A DNA stretch of 64,000 nt from contig OZ286474.1 of NCBI GenBank assembly GCA_965644265.1, forward strand, positions 79,546,001 to 79,610,000. The letters are read 5' to 3'. Shown piece after piece: positions 45,372 through 57,880 of this stretch. The DNA is from Glycera tridactyla (lineage: Eukaryota). The position numbers and the translations under genes were made by a program. Position 1 is the stretch's first letter, and every line of letters begins with the position of its first letter. A model generated the notes under the pieces. It was not told the origin of the DNA and did not search any database. It was given only the letters and a program-made list of their open reading frames with translations.

Positions 45372-48300
45372 GCTAACTTATGCTCTGACGCCTGCAAGTG
45401 CCACTCTCACATGTGCCAAGTGGAAGTAGCTGTCGGTAAAGACCTAATTCTACATACATGCAGTGATACTCACTGACTAGCTCAACTCGAGAACTGAATG
45501 TGTGGGAGAGGGTGAATTTCCATATATGAATTCCTGGATCATATGAGATTCTCACGATAGATTTATAACATCAGATCTATTATGATATCATGTGAGTCAT
45601 GTTTTTGTATATGGCTAAGATATCTGGAAAGGGTCAACATCATGCACCTCATTCACACCACACCTCATTAGCGCCTCACTACCATTGTACATGTACCATC
45701 CTCATCGTCATAGTCTCGTTGTTAATTGTATATCATTTTACTTTCGTCATCCTGAGGAGGAGCACTATTTAGGGTTTAATTGTAATTGACGAAAGACAAT
45801 CAAGTGTTAGTGTTGGAATCAATTCATATGGACGAATCGCGTGGAGAGGACATCCAAGAAGCGGCTATTGGATCCAGTGGCTTTCCGATAAATGGAGGTT
45901 CCTGCGTTCCACTTCACGGCTCACTCCTTTCATGCAGTATTACCGAAGGGAGTTGTTACACTTGGAACGCTCCCATATCAGGGCTGATTCTAAGGCTGAT
46001 TCATAGAGCGCGTGTTTCCAAACGCGTTAATCCGCCGGCTTACACGGGTACAATAAACCAGCGATTAGCTCACGCCTGTTGAGCCGCTGAAAGCTATACA
46101 CGAGCGGGGGGGGGGGGGGGGCTACCGGGACGAATAAACACACACAGGGAGGTCACTTCGCCTAAACATAACCGGATAAATATTTTGTCTGTTTATCTCT
46201 TCATTCTTATTCGTCGCAATAAATCAAATTAAATAAATATGCTCCCAATCAGGGCGCGTTCCCATGTAGGCCCAGATTCGCGCGTACTACACCACTTCGT
46301 GATAGCTCAATCTCATCGAACGACTGAATGATAAGCGAATAAGGATAGTGTGACACCTACGGTGAAATCCTTAATCAGCAAAGTCAAGCTTCACAAGATT
46401 CCCAAGAGATCCATAATTTGATTGAGACTTCATTAGGATAAACATTCTATTCTCATTGTACCCCAAGTAATACAAAAAGAAATATACCCATACAAACAAA
46501 TCATGGTCAATAAGAAATAATACATTGACTATTTTCTGATCACCACATCGTCACCTCCTTCACGTGGAGCAGAAATTACACACTGGGTATGTTGATTTCA
46601 TGAATGGTCATCTTTCGTTGAGGCACAGAAGGTAGAGTCTGGAGTGATTCCGCCCATCCTCCATTGCATGGGACCTCCATATGGCCCGGATCGAATTGAC
46701 ACCACACTACTGCCAGTTAACCAGTCATCACAACTAGAGAATATAGGATGAGATGACATAACACATCTGAAGGTATGGAATATATATTCTATTCGAAATG
46801 TCAAGCCAACGGCAAATGTTGAAAAATAGCTATTGGTCTCCACGAAACGTGAGCTTATGAATGTGCAGTTATGATATATCCAGCAATGTTGCGAACACCT
46901 GGGTAAGATCTGGTCTGTTCCAGGTCGCTGAAAGATCCGAAGTGACCCCCAGCGACACTGGCGGAAGGCACACATACGCGCACCCCGTCGCAGGATACCC
47001 GTGTCCGCTTGTTCGAGTAGCCTGCTCACTTTGTGTGGCAGCGTCACTTAGTTACGGGGATACCGGCTCCGTATTAAGCCACTCAGTCTATTCCACAAGA
47101 CATGCCACAGAATGAGCTGATATTTTAAGGATATATTGGTGTATACGAGTGAACACTATTGGATTGGTGTATACGAGTGAACGCTATCGGATTTCGAAAT
47201 TCCAGGTACGTTCCCATTGGCGGGTATAGATGGAGTTGGGTCATATGAACATACTTATTTAGTATTTAAGTACTACGCTTTGCTCAAAATGAAAGCATTG
47301 CTATCTGACTCGAGTTCACAAAGTATGCTTGTCATCTTTAGGTTCATCGTATTTGTGGTATACAGGTAGGTCTGTCGTATTAGTTACTTTCATCGGGGCA
47401 CTCCCCCGTGTCCTATGATTGTGTCTATGGTCTTTGAAAGTGATGCCCGCAAAGGACAGACACTTTAGCTGTCACAGACCTGGTACGCATGACCTACTGG
47501 CTTGATGTATGGCGGTATACCTCAATCAAACCTCGACAATATGATGACGGGTGATCTGAGTTGTATCACCGACCTTGATGTTGATCGGAAAAATCATTCG
47601 ATCCAGATAGTTGATACGACATTCTTCTGACAAGGGATGATACGGAGAGCATGCAGGTAAACTGACATTTTCAACATTGGAGAATGTGCCAAAATGTGGA
47701 GGTCATACACCATTTTTACTACCAAACTTTGGCATCTCCCATTATCAACATATTGGGGTCATGGACGGGTATAATGTGAGATCATGAAGGAGGACGGGCT
47801 CCTCAAAAGAAATTACTCTTGGCACTGAACTTCACAGATCCAGCTAGTACGGATGCTTTTTTTCTGGTTTATATTCATCCTATAGAGGGAAAAATAATCA
47901 CCAGACTTAGTGAAAAGACAGCGTCTTAGATCGTCAATGAAATGAGAGGAATATATAGTTTATATGAACTATAATGTGGATGCTGTTTAATATCCCAGTA
48001 CAGTCATTATTTCCGGCATGCAGTCAAACTAGTCCTAATCATGAGACATGTGGAAGCATGTAGAAGCTGCATACTTATAACGAGTGTTTTCGCTCTACTT
48101 AATATTGGTGTATCATAGTATAAAAACCTCTTCCTCTAGGTAAGTTCCTACGTGGTACAGATCCTGTTTAGAACAGGATTGGTTTTGAGAACATGCACGC
48201 TGCTTGTATCACATTGCAAAAACAATACAGGCTATTATTCGATGGTAACATATTGCTTACACAAGTAGGAAACATAATGGTTTGCCTCACTGCAAATCGA

Positions 48301-50267
48301 TTCCGACCATTATGAACGCTCTGTTTATTGTGAGCAGCATTGATGGCGACGGGCTCTTTACAGACGAATCTGCCCGTGAATATACCACAGTAAGTAACCT
48401 CTCGATAGAGACCACCTGTCCGCGAAGGCCACAATCATTCGACCAAGGATAGAAAGGTCCTACTGTATACAGGTCAAGTGGAGGTCCATGAAACTGCTCA
48501 CATCTTCGCAAGCTAACGTGTGGTCAATATTCTTGATACCAAAATTGCCACATTGAGTGTCTGTGAACATGATAAATGTTGACCTTCGTTTGAGAAAACA
48601 GGAGTCTTAGATGATCCTAGCCATGTCCACTGCTTCAGCGTTCCAGTCTAGCTTTAACAACATCAATCTGTATTTGAAGTGTGCCCAATTTAATCTAATC
48701 CACACACTGACATCTGAAAATACATATGTTATCAAGAGAATATTATATGGTCAGCCACAAACTGTAAATGTCAGCCCCCTCCGTAGAAGGGAGCTGTGAT
48801 GTTTTAGCCTTCGAGGCCTATTTTGCTAACGGAACGTGAAATAAGCAACCAACCTCCTGGCTGTAGATTAATGTGATCTCATTCATATCCGATTCCTAGA
48901 TGTTTTTCCTGTCTGAAAATCTTGAACTCAAAGTCATAATCAGATGTCTCATATAATCAAGATAATTCAATGAACCTGGGCGGGCTCTTCGAGAACCTCA
49001 TGGTGACTCATTTAAAAATCGACGGAAACAAATATGATTTTGGAGTCTGCTTCATCTCGGACATACAGTGTATTGATGAATACCGCATAATGTTGAAGGC
49101 ACACACGATAGGTGAATATCCGTAGAACGAATTGAAACTCGTGTCAGTTGCTGGTCTCGCCAAAGAATTCTACGTTGCAAAACCATTCCTCATATTTCAT
49201 CGATAATTCTTTTTCAATGACCACATGATGCTACGGCAATCACCAGATGAAACCCAGGAACGTCATATCCACCTCTTATCCTGAGGGATAGCTATGTTCA
49301 CCGTCTGAGCCATTGAAGTGGGTGGGATCATCCAAATCTGGTTGGTGGAAATTACGGGGGTCGTGGAAAGGGCTGAATGTGGACGTTTCATATGAATGAC
49401 GGTTTCCTCCACACACTATGTATCTCTGAACCCCTCGAATGTCCTGTTATTACATTTTATGGGCCGCAATTCATTGTTGATCAGTGGGGTCGGGAAGAAA
49501 TCGCAGGGATCCAACAAATATGTAGATGTCAAGATAAGGTACTCAACGAGTAACACCAAAATCGGCTTAGGTCGCGGATTAGTCTACCTCTATGATAATG
49601 TACCTCTTTAATCCCCCAAGACGCCTAATCCTACCGTCTAAATATATGGTTGATAGCTGTGGTGAATACACAATCGTTACATGATTATAATTCAAGTTTA
49701 CATTGAGAGGCTAAGAAATGTCGGCATGTCGTGGGTATCCCTGCTATCACATCAACAATACCATGCACATTACAACCTGACTGAGATTCAGCATAACAAT
49801 TTCATAGCAACTGTAGCTCCACAGTACCTCTCGATAGAGGCAGGAAAATCGAATGAGGAAGCGATAGTTGTATCGTTCACAATCGACATGACTAGGAATT
49901 GTCCTGGAAAATGTCATAAAGTGTTGGAAATGTCATAAAATACAATTTATCAGCTAGCGCTGTATCATGGCCAGTATACCCTGCCATGAATACCCGGAGA
50001 TGGCATCATAATGCTCGATTGATCAATCAATTGATTAACAAGCTGGGTGATTGATTGGTTGATTGATTGATTGGTTGATTGGTTGATCGATTGATCGATT
50101 GGTTGATTAACCCACCACCTCGGATGTATCTGCACCTTGGGGAATGGACCAGAAATGTGAAGGCAGAGTGAGAGGTCAAGTGATTCTATAAGGGGAGTAT
50201 ATCTGAAATGACACTTTTTTGCTCTGTGGCATGATTTCACCACTGGTATATGGCACTATATGCTCGC

Positions 50268-51146
50268 AAGCGACGAATCAAATGGGTGCTATGGATCTAA
50301 AACAAACCACATACATATTCACATGTGGTTGGATCTACCAATATACAAAAAACACTCAACTAGTTATGCTCCACCCGTCAATCGAGTAATGCCTGATGTT
50401 TTTCCAACCCTGGCAGGATTACTTAATGACATAATGTCTGGTCAAATGTATTCTACTAGTGTATTACACGTCTACAATTCTATTTTTTGTTATTTTTTGT
50501 GTTCATGAAAGACTATCGCCTACAATTCTATTTTTTGTTATTTTTTGTGTTCATGAAGCGACGAATCAAATGGGTCCTATGGATCTAAAACAAACCACAT
50601 ACATATTCACATGTGGTTGGATCTACCAATATACAAAAAACACTCAACTAGTTATGCTCCACCCGTCAATCGAGTAATGCCTGATGTTTTTCCAACCCTG
50701 GCAGGATTACTTAATGACATAATGTCTGGTCAAATGTATTCTACTAGTGTATTACACGTCTACAATTCTATTTTTTGTTATTTTTTGTGTTCATGAAAGA
50801 CTATCGCCTACAATTCTATTTTTTGTTATTTTTTGTGTTCATGAAGCGACGAATCAAATGGGTCCTATGGATCTAAAACAAACCACATACATATTCACAT
50901 GTGGTTGGATCTACCAATATACAAAAAACACTCAACTAGTTATGCTCCACCCGTCAATCGAGTAATGCCTGATGTTTTTCCAACCCTGGCAGGATTACTT
51001 AATGACATAATGTCTGGTCAAATGTATTCTACTAGTGTATTACACGTCTACAATTCTATTTTTTGTTATTTTTTGTGTTCATGAAAGACCATCGTCTACA
51101 ATTCTATTTTTTGTTATTTTTTTGTGTTCATGAAAGACTATCGCCT
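50268..51146. repeat. Tandem array, ~3 copies of a 288-bp unit with an internal ~47-bp sub-duplication
   Basis: aagcgacgaatcaaatgggt at 50268, 50556 and 50844. The sub-unit ctacaattctattttttgttattttttgtgttcatgaa occurs twice per unit. Confidence 0.92.
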
Positions 51147-53547
51147 GAAGAAATTGAGACTTCTGTCTGGGAATTTCTCCTGCTACTGAGAAATTTCAGA
51201 GTGATTTGTCTGTGCCACAGCATACACCCTAACCCTTTCTGCCTTGAATATTCGCAGTGGACTATTTATGAGGGCTTCGGTATTCCCAGCTATCCATAGG
51301 CTTTGTCATTCCATGAGTGTAGAGCACAGGCGCTCAATTTTGATTTGTTCACGACACCCAAATCCAGATCTTGTCATTGAACACTCCAAACCAGTGGTTT
51401 CAGTTATCATTCTATAGCACATTGTGAAAATGGAATATTTTACCAAGTGATATGGACTAACGGGTCAGATTTATGCTACTCCCAGGAATATACGGAGATT
51501 TGTCAATATGGCAGCACCTATGGATTCAGTATTGGGGAGGTGGATACACCGGGTTATATTAAAATGGTGAATCACTATTCTAACATGGGATCAGGCCGGT
51601 CTCACAATTCATACCAGATGTATATCATGAGGTCTAAGTTGGTAATGCATGGGTTCCTGGCTCATATTACGACGCGTGGCATGCAGAAGCCCCTCATCCA
51701 TAAATAATGTGAGGTCAAGAGGAGGTCTAGTTTAACTAGACGTGTAATCACGGAGTGACTTAGGTCAGAGGTAATAACTCACCAGATAACTCATCATCAT
51801 CATCGTCATCGTCGTCATCGTCATCTTCATNNNNNNNNNNNNNNNNNNNNNNNNNNNNNNNNNNNNNNNNNNNNNNNNNNNNNNNNNNNNNNNNNNNNNN
51901 NNNNNNNNNNNNNNNNNNNNNNNNNNNNNNNNNNNNNNNNNNNNNNNNNNNNNNNNNNNNNNNNNNNNNNNNNNNNNNNNNNNNNNNNNNNNNNNNNNNN
52001 NNNNNNNNACAACAACAACATCAACACCATTCCCACGATCAACACCACCACCAACAATTATACCATAACATTACTTCCTCACATCATCAACAGCAGCAAC
52101 AACACCGCCGTCAATACGACCACCACCAATGAAACAAAAAACAACACGGTGTCATATGTTGATAATGTGACTTCGAGCAGACAGTGGATTCGACTACCCC
52201 TTACACGTGAACACCGTCTACCTCACTCTCAATTCATACTAGCTGTGTAAAGCCATATATGAGGCCAGCAGTGGCAGTGGCTGTTGTGTTGTATAATATC
52301 AGCACACTTGCCGGCTGAATGGTCATCAAACAGTGTCAATATTTGATCTCGCTGCTCACTAATCACCTATTGAACGGGTTCTGCTCAGGGACTTGCCGTG
52401 AGAGGCATGAACGTCCCTGTGGTAGACTAATTCTAGATATGTATCCTCTTGATAGGCGTCTTGCCAAGACATTATTTATTGAATAACTTCTGCTCCGCGA
52501 ATTAACAAAGGGGTAAGATTACTTCAAGGCAAGACCTCAAGACTCCTAGACATATGCATTATAGGTCGAATCATGATATGTGTTCTTTTTGAGTGCTCTC
52601 AAAACAGGCCTTCTGTCCAGTAGTCTTCTATCAATCAAGATTGCTCAGGGGGAGACATAATGGAGATCGATGGAGCTATGGTGTTCATGATATATGAAAA
52701 TTGTTCTCATCATAGGTGTCTTACTATGAGCGTTTTCATTAAAGACATTCGCGAGATATGTGAGGGCGAACCTGCCATGACCGTGATTGTACTTTCCGCA
52801 GTTAACGGCCGATCTAAAAAGGGCCACCTCTCTACAGAGGCCCCTTCTTTATACCTTCGTAGACAGGTTCTAATGTATTCTCGATGTGGACTGTCTCGTA
52901 GCAGGCCTCAGCTGGCAATACTCTTGCTTGAGAGTATTGTAATTCAGCGGCCAACTTGACTATATTCTATTCCAATATCTGCGTGACCTACTTCCTGTCA
53001 AAATATCTCGAAAGTGTCGATGCTGAAGAAAGCAATTCTGAAAATGGTTCGAATGAAATACCTGATCAATACACATATGAGTATCTGATGTGTATGACAC
53101 GATCGTGAAACATTTGGCAAGTTGCCTAGACTTGTTACATTGTATGAGTTATACTCGTAGGTCTATGTCAGCACTAGTGACATGTGGGTTTGGTAAGATA
53201 TATGCCGAACTGAGGTGACAGGATATTTGGTTTTGTTTGGCTGATGTTTGATGCCATGTTTCTACCCGAAGTATTATGTATGTCGTATGTTCCTGGTCTA
53301 AATTAACCAAATGCTCTGTCCCCTATATGCGTCTTTTTCACAGACCCCAAACACGAGAAGATTTGAAATCAGAAAAGTCATCAAATGGAAGTCGCTGACA
53401 GTTCTGGCACACGCCTTCCTGTCCAATATGAAGATGATGAACCCATATATGGCATGTCTACGGTGATGAGTTCAATTTGAAAGTGATGTACATGGGTTCC
53501 CCATCTATGTCTATTTCAGGTAGAGGATGGAGTGAAGGTGATTAAGG

Positions 53548-53802
53548 ATGGAGGAGGAGGGCGTGCAATGCTCGCTGGAGCCATCCAGTATGAGGTCGTC
53601 TCGATGTAGCAGTCTCGACACCAACTGCCGTAGTACGGACGACGCCGACCATCTGACCGGCAACCCATTCGACTTCCCCGCCAAGACCGCATTCGATGCC
53701 TCTAAAGCACTCACACTCTCTCGTAATGAAGCCTTCAAAGTACGGGAACCCACCAAAGATGATGATATCTGGAAACGGCCACCCCCTGACTTCAGACCAC
53801 AG
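53548..53802 (+). CDS. C7orf78-like: C7orf78-like uncharacterised protein, coding exon 1 of 5
   Basis: Acceptor ctatttcag at 53519 with an in-frame TAG before ATG 53548. Ends DDIWKRPPPDFRPQ|gtgagt (phase 0). Confidence 0.75.
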
Positions 53803-54074
53803 GTGAGTCGCCATGACTAAGAGCTCTAGCATGATGATTACCAGAAAACCCAGCTAGAAAAATTGTAGTTAAAATCGGTAAGACTTTAATTTTCTATTGC
53901 AATCCACTATGAGCCATTTTGAAAACAGGGTGAATAAACATCCTCAGTCAATCGTGTTCTACTTTCAGTGGGTTTTTTGCACAAGACATCGAACACCATT
54001 TTTGCCGAAGCATGAATGATGCCCGACGTTTTACCACACATTCATGCATTGCAAATTTCCCGCGAAGTTCAATC

Positions 54075-54420
54075 GTGGCGGGTACGTTTTTTGTCATAGC
54101 ATCGCGAAATTGCATTGGATTGAAATGAGACTCACACACAGACATTGTTGTCATCTCCGAGGACTAGAAGTCTATTCTTGGCGAAGTTCCCTTGTATATT
54201 TCACCACAGAACGCCAAATATGTCGATTTCACGCTGCTTTCATGGCTTGTACGACGGCCGTATCTCCACTGTTCCGCATACACATATTCGCCGAGAAAAT
54301 GCGTTGAAATAATGCCGTATCCTCTAAAAAAAAGCACGCAGACTACCGGAAACCACGTTAGATAATCGCCAGAAGACCTGCCCGATACAACCCATACCAG
54401 GCAAAAATGGCGAATTTATT
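54075..54420 (+). mobile_element. Degenerate copy of a ~400-bp TIR element (GTGGCGGGTAC ends)
   Basis: Colinear with 54814-55213 at roughly 70% identity. A reverse-strand fragment occurs at ~195-285. Confidence 0.55.
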
Positions 54421-54813
54421 CGGTGAAATGTTATCGCTACATTTCGTTCGACAGAGTTTAGTGTGTCCATTACACGTGATACATTGTTCTGATCATCGAG
54501 TAAAACATCTCAGTCATATGAGATAACATGAAAGTATCCGACAGTTGACTTCGGATGAGCGAATGATTCAATCAACCCCTGAATCCCCCATTTCTCATCA
54601 CTCAATGGATGAATGAATGAATGAATGAATGAATGAATGAATCGCAATATTGAAAACTCTGCGAATCAATATGGTTAGAACGCTGCAGAACATCCTACTA
54701 ACGTTCGATGAAAATCCATTTCTTTTCTGTCTTTGAAACGTTGGATACTTACAGCATGATTGACGAAAGTATTGTATATATGAAAACTGACCTGACCTCC
54801 GTCAAGCTCATTC

Positions 54814-55213
54814 GTAGCGGGTACCTTTTTTCGTCCTAGCACCGATAATTCGCATCAGATTGAAATGAAACTCACTGACAAACATTGTCTGAATCTCTGG
54901 CGACTAGAAATGTGATCAAGTCGAGTTTCCCTTGTTTATTTTACTCAACCGTTCCAATCGTGACGATTTCACGCTGAGTTCACAGCTAGTACGGCCGAAT
55001 CTCCGCTCTTTAACATACAAATAAATCGTCAATAATGCTGGTGGATTCGCTGGAAAATGCAATGAAATGATGGCGTAAATTTTCTTTAAAATGACGGAGA
55101 TTACCTGAAACCTGGTTTGGTAATCTTCGGAATACATATTCTATCCCTTCGTGCATTTAAAATTCAGATCAGACGGAAAATGGCGAATTTAGCGTGTGAC
55201 ACGTACCCGCCAC
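54814..55213 (+). mobile_element. ~400-bp intronic MITE with GTRGCGGGTAC...GTACCCGCCAC TIRs
   Basis: Left gtagcgggtac at 54814; right gtacccgccac ending at 55213. Confidence 0.6.
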
Positions 55214-55256
55214 ATTTGAATTTGACAGACTTGAGCAATGACCAACTCGGTTTCAG

Positions 55257-55526
55257 GTTTACAATCCGCGGCCTCCGAAGCGGAATTCCCGGGAGGCGAT
55301 GCAGCCGTGGAAGTACGGGACAGTGGCGGGGGAAGGGAAGGCGACCAAGCGGAAGGTAGAGCGGGTCTTCCTGCCGCACATCTGGGCCAGCAAGGAGGAC
55401 GAGGAGCGGCCCTTCGTCACCGCCTTCCATGTCATGGACCCGGATGAAGCACGCATGCAAGCTGTTAAAGATAGCACCATGGAGCGAGACCCTTTCCAGA
55501 TGCCCAAATTACATGATTTTAGACAG
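55257..55526 (+). CDS. C7orf78-like: C7orf78-like, coding exon 2
   Basis: tttcag|GTTTAC...AGACAG|gtaagt, 270 nt, phase 0/0. VYNPRPPKRNSREAMQPWKYGT...FVTAFHV...PKLHDFRQ. Confidence 0.8.
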
Positions 55527-55539
55527 GTAAGTTGGTTTA

Positions 55540-55830
55540 TTTGTTGGTACTTTGGTTGGTTGATGAGTTGGTAGTTAGTTCGTTTGGTGACTGATCATTG
55601 GCTGGTTGGCACATCGAATGACTGGTTGTTTGTTTCGGTAGGTGTTTGATTTTTGGTTGGTTGTTTGGTTGATGGGTCGGTCAGTCGGTTGGTTGGTTGG
55701 TTGTTTGGTTGGTTGGTTGTTTGGTTGGTTGTTTGGTTGTTTGGTTGTTTGGTTGGTTGGTTGGTTGGATGTCAATAGGTCATGTGAGTGGTTGATCGGA
55801 TAGTTGATCATTGGTTGGTTTGTTGGTTTG
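55540..55830. repeat. (GTTG)n-type microsatellite
   Basis: Directly visible. Confidence 0.9.
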
Positions 55831-56086
55831 CTCAGGGTCAGAACGGTTGTCAGATAGAAGTAGCTGGTTGTTGGTTCATACACACTTCCACCTGCATAGC
55901 ATGAAAGTGATGAACCGTTATACAACATATCTAATTATGTTACTAGTTAGTAGCTGCTATTGAACCAATTTCTTCCAAACGTATCACAACAGTGGTATGC
56001 CGACCAAATAAACATGGAATGAGATGAAGAGTATTGTTTTGAGTGATTAATGTATGGGATCAAAAGGATTTCTCATTCTGTTTCAG

Positions 56087-56183
56087 ATACCACGAATTAA
56101 AAGCTTGGGACTGCCTGAATTCGAGGTCGGAGTCGATCCAGATCCATTCAATATACGATTTAATACAGATAGATTACGAATAA
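56087..56183 (+). CDS. C7orf78-like: C7orf78-like, coding exon 3
   Basis: ctgtttcag|ATACCA...ATAA|gtaagt, 97 nt, phase 0/1. IPRIKSLGLPEFEVGVDPDPFNIRFNTDRLRI. Confidence 0.8.
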
Positions 56184-57112
56184 GTAAGTACCCCAGAAGT
56201 AGGGATTGGAGTTCTTGTTGCTTCATATTTTCACAGATGGAAGATGCCAAAGGCATATCCACGGAATTAAGAATGTATTCGAATCCGTTTGTATCAGGTG
56301 TCATCACTGACGAAAGCAAAGCATAGTGACATCTAGCGTTATTCACGATCACACTCCCTAATGAAACACTTGATGATGCCGTTGTGACGCGTGTTGCTCC
56401 AAGCTGCGGTGCCTTTCAGTTTCCCCATAAGCCACATGGATCCCGTTATGAACTGACAGTTTCCAGTAGCCACGTTACCGTGCTGAACATATACTCACAA
56501 TAGGATGGTTTCCTTGCAGATCGACTGTATTCTCATTTCACTGATGCATAACATGCTGTACTCAAACCATCACTGAAAACATAATAAAGTTTGGTGTTGG
56601 TACGCGCATATCACCAGATAACATACTCATTTATCCATTGATTTATGGGAGCAACGTCAAATTTAGCAACGTTTATGACCACAATCCCCATTGTTGAAAT
56701 TATGATGGATGAACGTTTCGTGAGAGATCAGGGGTTGTCAATTTTACATGCTAATTAACTGGGAACAGGTCCATAATGAGCGAACCTTCAGCCATGCCAC
56801 CTTAAAATCGAATCGAATAACTTTTTACGCGTACCCACATTTACATAATAAAGCATACGAATGACTCCAAGGAATTTTCACCCACGATCACGGGTTGATA
56901 CATTCAAACAAATATGCACAAATTGAAAATCGTGATTCATTTCTAGCACGGCGGGTCAAGGCGGCCGTATTTCTCCGTCGAGAAGAATATTGGGCAATAG
57001 ATCACTCCAAAATATTACAAGAATACGATAGAGGGATATGCAGTATATACAACATGTACATACTTTCCATTTGAAGTGTCCAATACGTTTGTTATCTCTC
57101 TTGTTCACATAG

Positions 57113-57255
57113 TACATGGGCTCGGTGGTAAAGGTCCTACAGAGCGTGATACCCGAGGTCAACAGATGGCTCCACCGCTGCACCAACCTCCCAAGTGGCA
57201 GTCCAAACTCATCCTACCCAAGACCAAATGGCCCAATATGTACGAGGGATACACA
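57113..57255 (+). CDS. C7orf78-like: C7orf78-like, coding exon 4
   Basis: ttcacatag|TACAT...TACACA|gtgagt, 143 nt, phase 1/0. HGLGG...PPKWQSKLILPKTKWPNMYEGYT. Confidence 0.8.
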
Positions 57256-57739
57256 GTGAGTATTACCGCCTCAATCATTAGGTGATGAAGACGACGATGA
57301 CGTCGATGACGACGACATGGATGATGAAGATGAGGANNNNNNNNNNNNNNNNNNNNNNNNNNNNNNNNNNNNNNNNNNNNNNNNNNNNNNNNNNNNNNNN
57401 NNNNNNNNNNNNNNNNNNNNNNNNNNNNNNNNNNNNNNNNNNNNNNNNNNNNNNNNNNNNNNNNNNNNNNNNNNNNNNNNNNNNNNNNNNNNNNNNNNNN
57501 NNNNNNNNNNNNNNNNNNNNNNNNNNNNNNNNNNNNNNNNNNNNNNNNNNNNNNNNNNNNNNNNNNNNNNNNNNNNNNNNNNNNNNNNNNNNNNNAGCGA
57601 GACAGACAAAGAGACATACATATAAATGGCAGGTGATATCTGAACTTGATAGTGATGGATATGCTGACTAGGGAGGGGGTGGCGTTGGACGAATGACGAG
57701 ATATCAAATTCCATATCGTGTTTTCTTTTATCGTTTCAG

Positions 57740-57880
57740 CGGTACAAGCCTCCGAACTGCCCGCGGAGATCACCGGCAACTGCCCTGATGGACCGGGTGG
57801 AGGAAAGATTAAACAAGGAATGGTCCCAGGATCGGACTGTCCGGGCAAGCACGTGTCTTGCATCATCCCAGGCCTTCTAA
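57740..57880 (+). CDS. C7orf78-like: C7orf78-like, terminal coding exon 5
   Basis: tttatcgtttcag|CGGTAC...TTCTAA, 141 nt. RYKPPNCPRRSPATALMDRVEERLNKEW...*. All five phases join into 301 aa without stops. Confidence 0.8.
   Translation, partial: RYKPPNCPRRSPATALMDRVEERLNKEWSQDRTVRASTCLASSQAF

Noticed and set aside
45950-46330. CpG-rich, CCAAT-containing promoter-like patch
   Set aside because: No transcript anchor; such motifs are common by chance.
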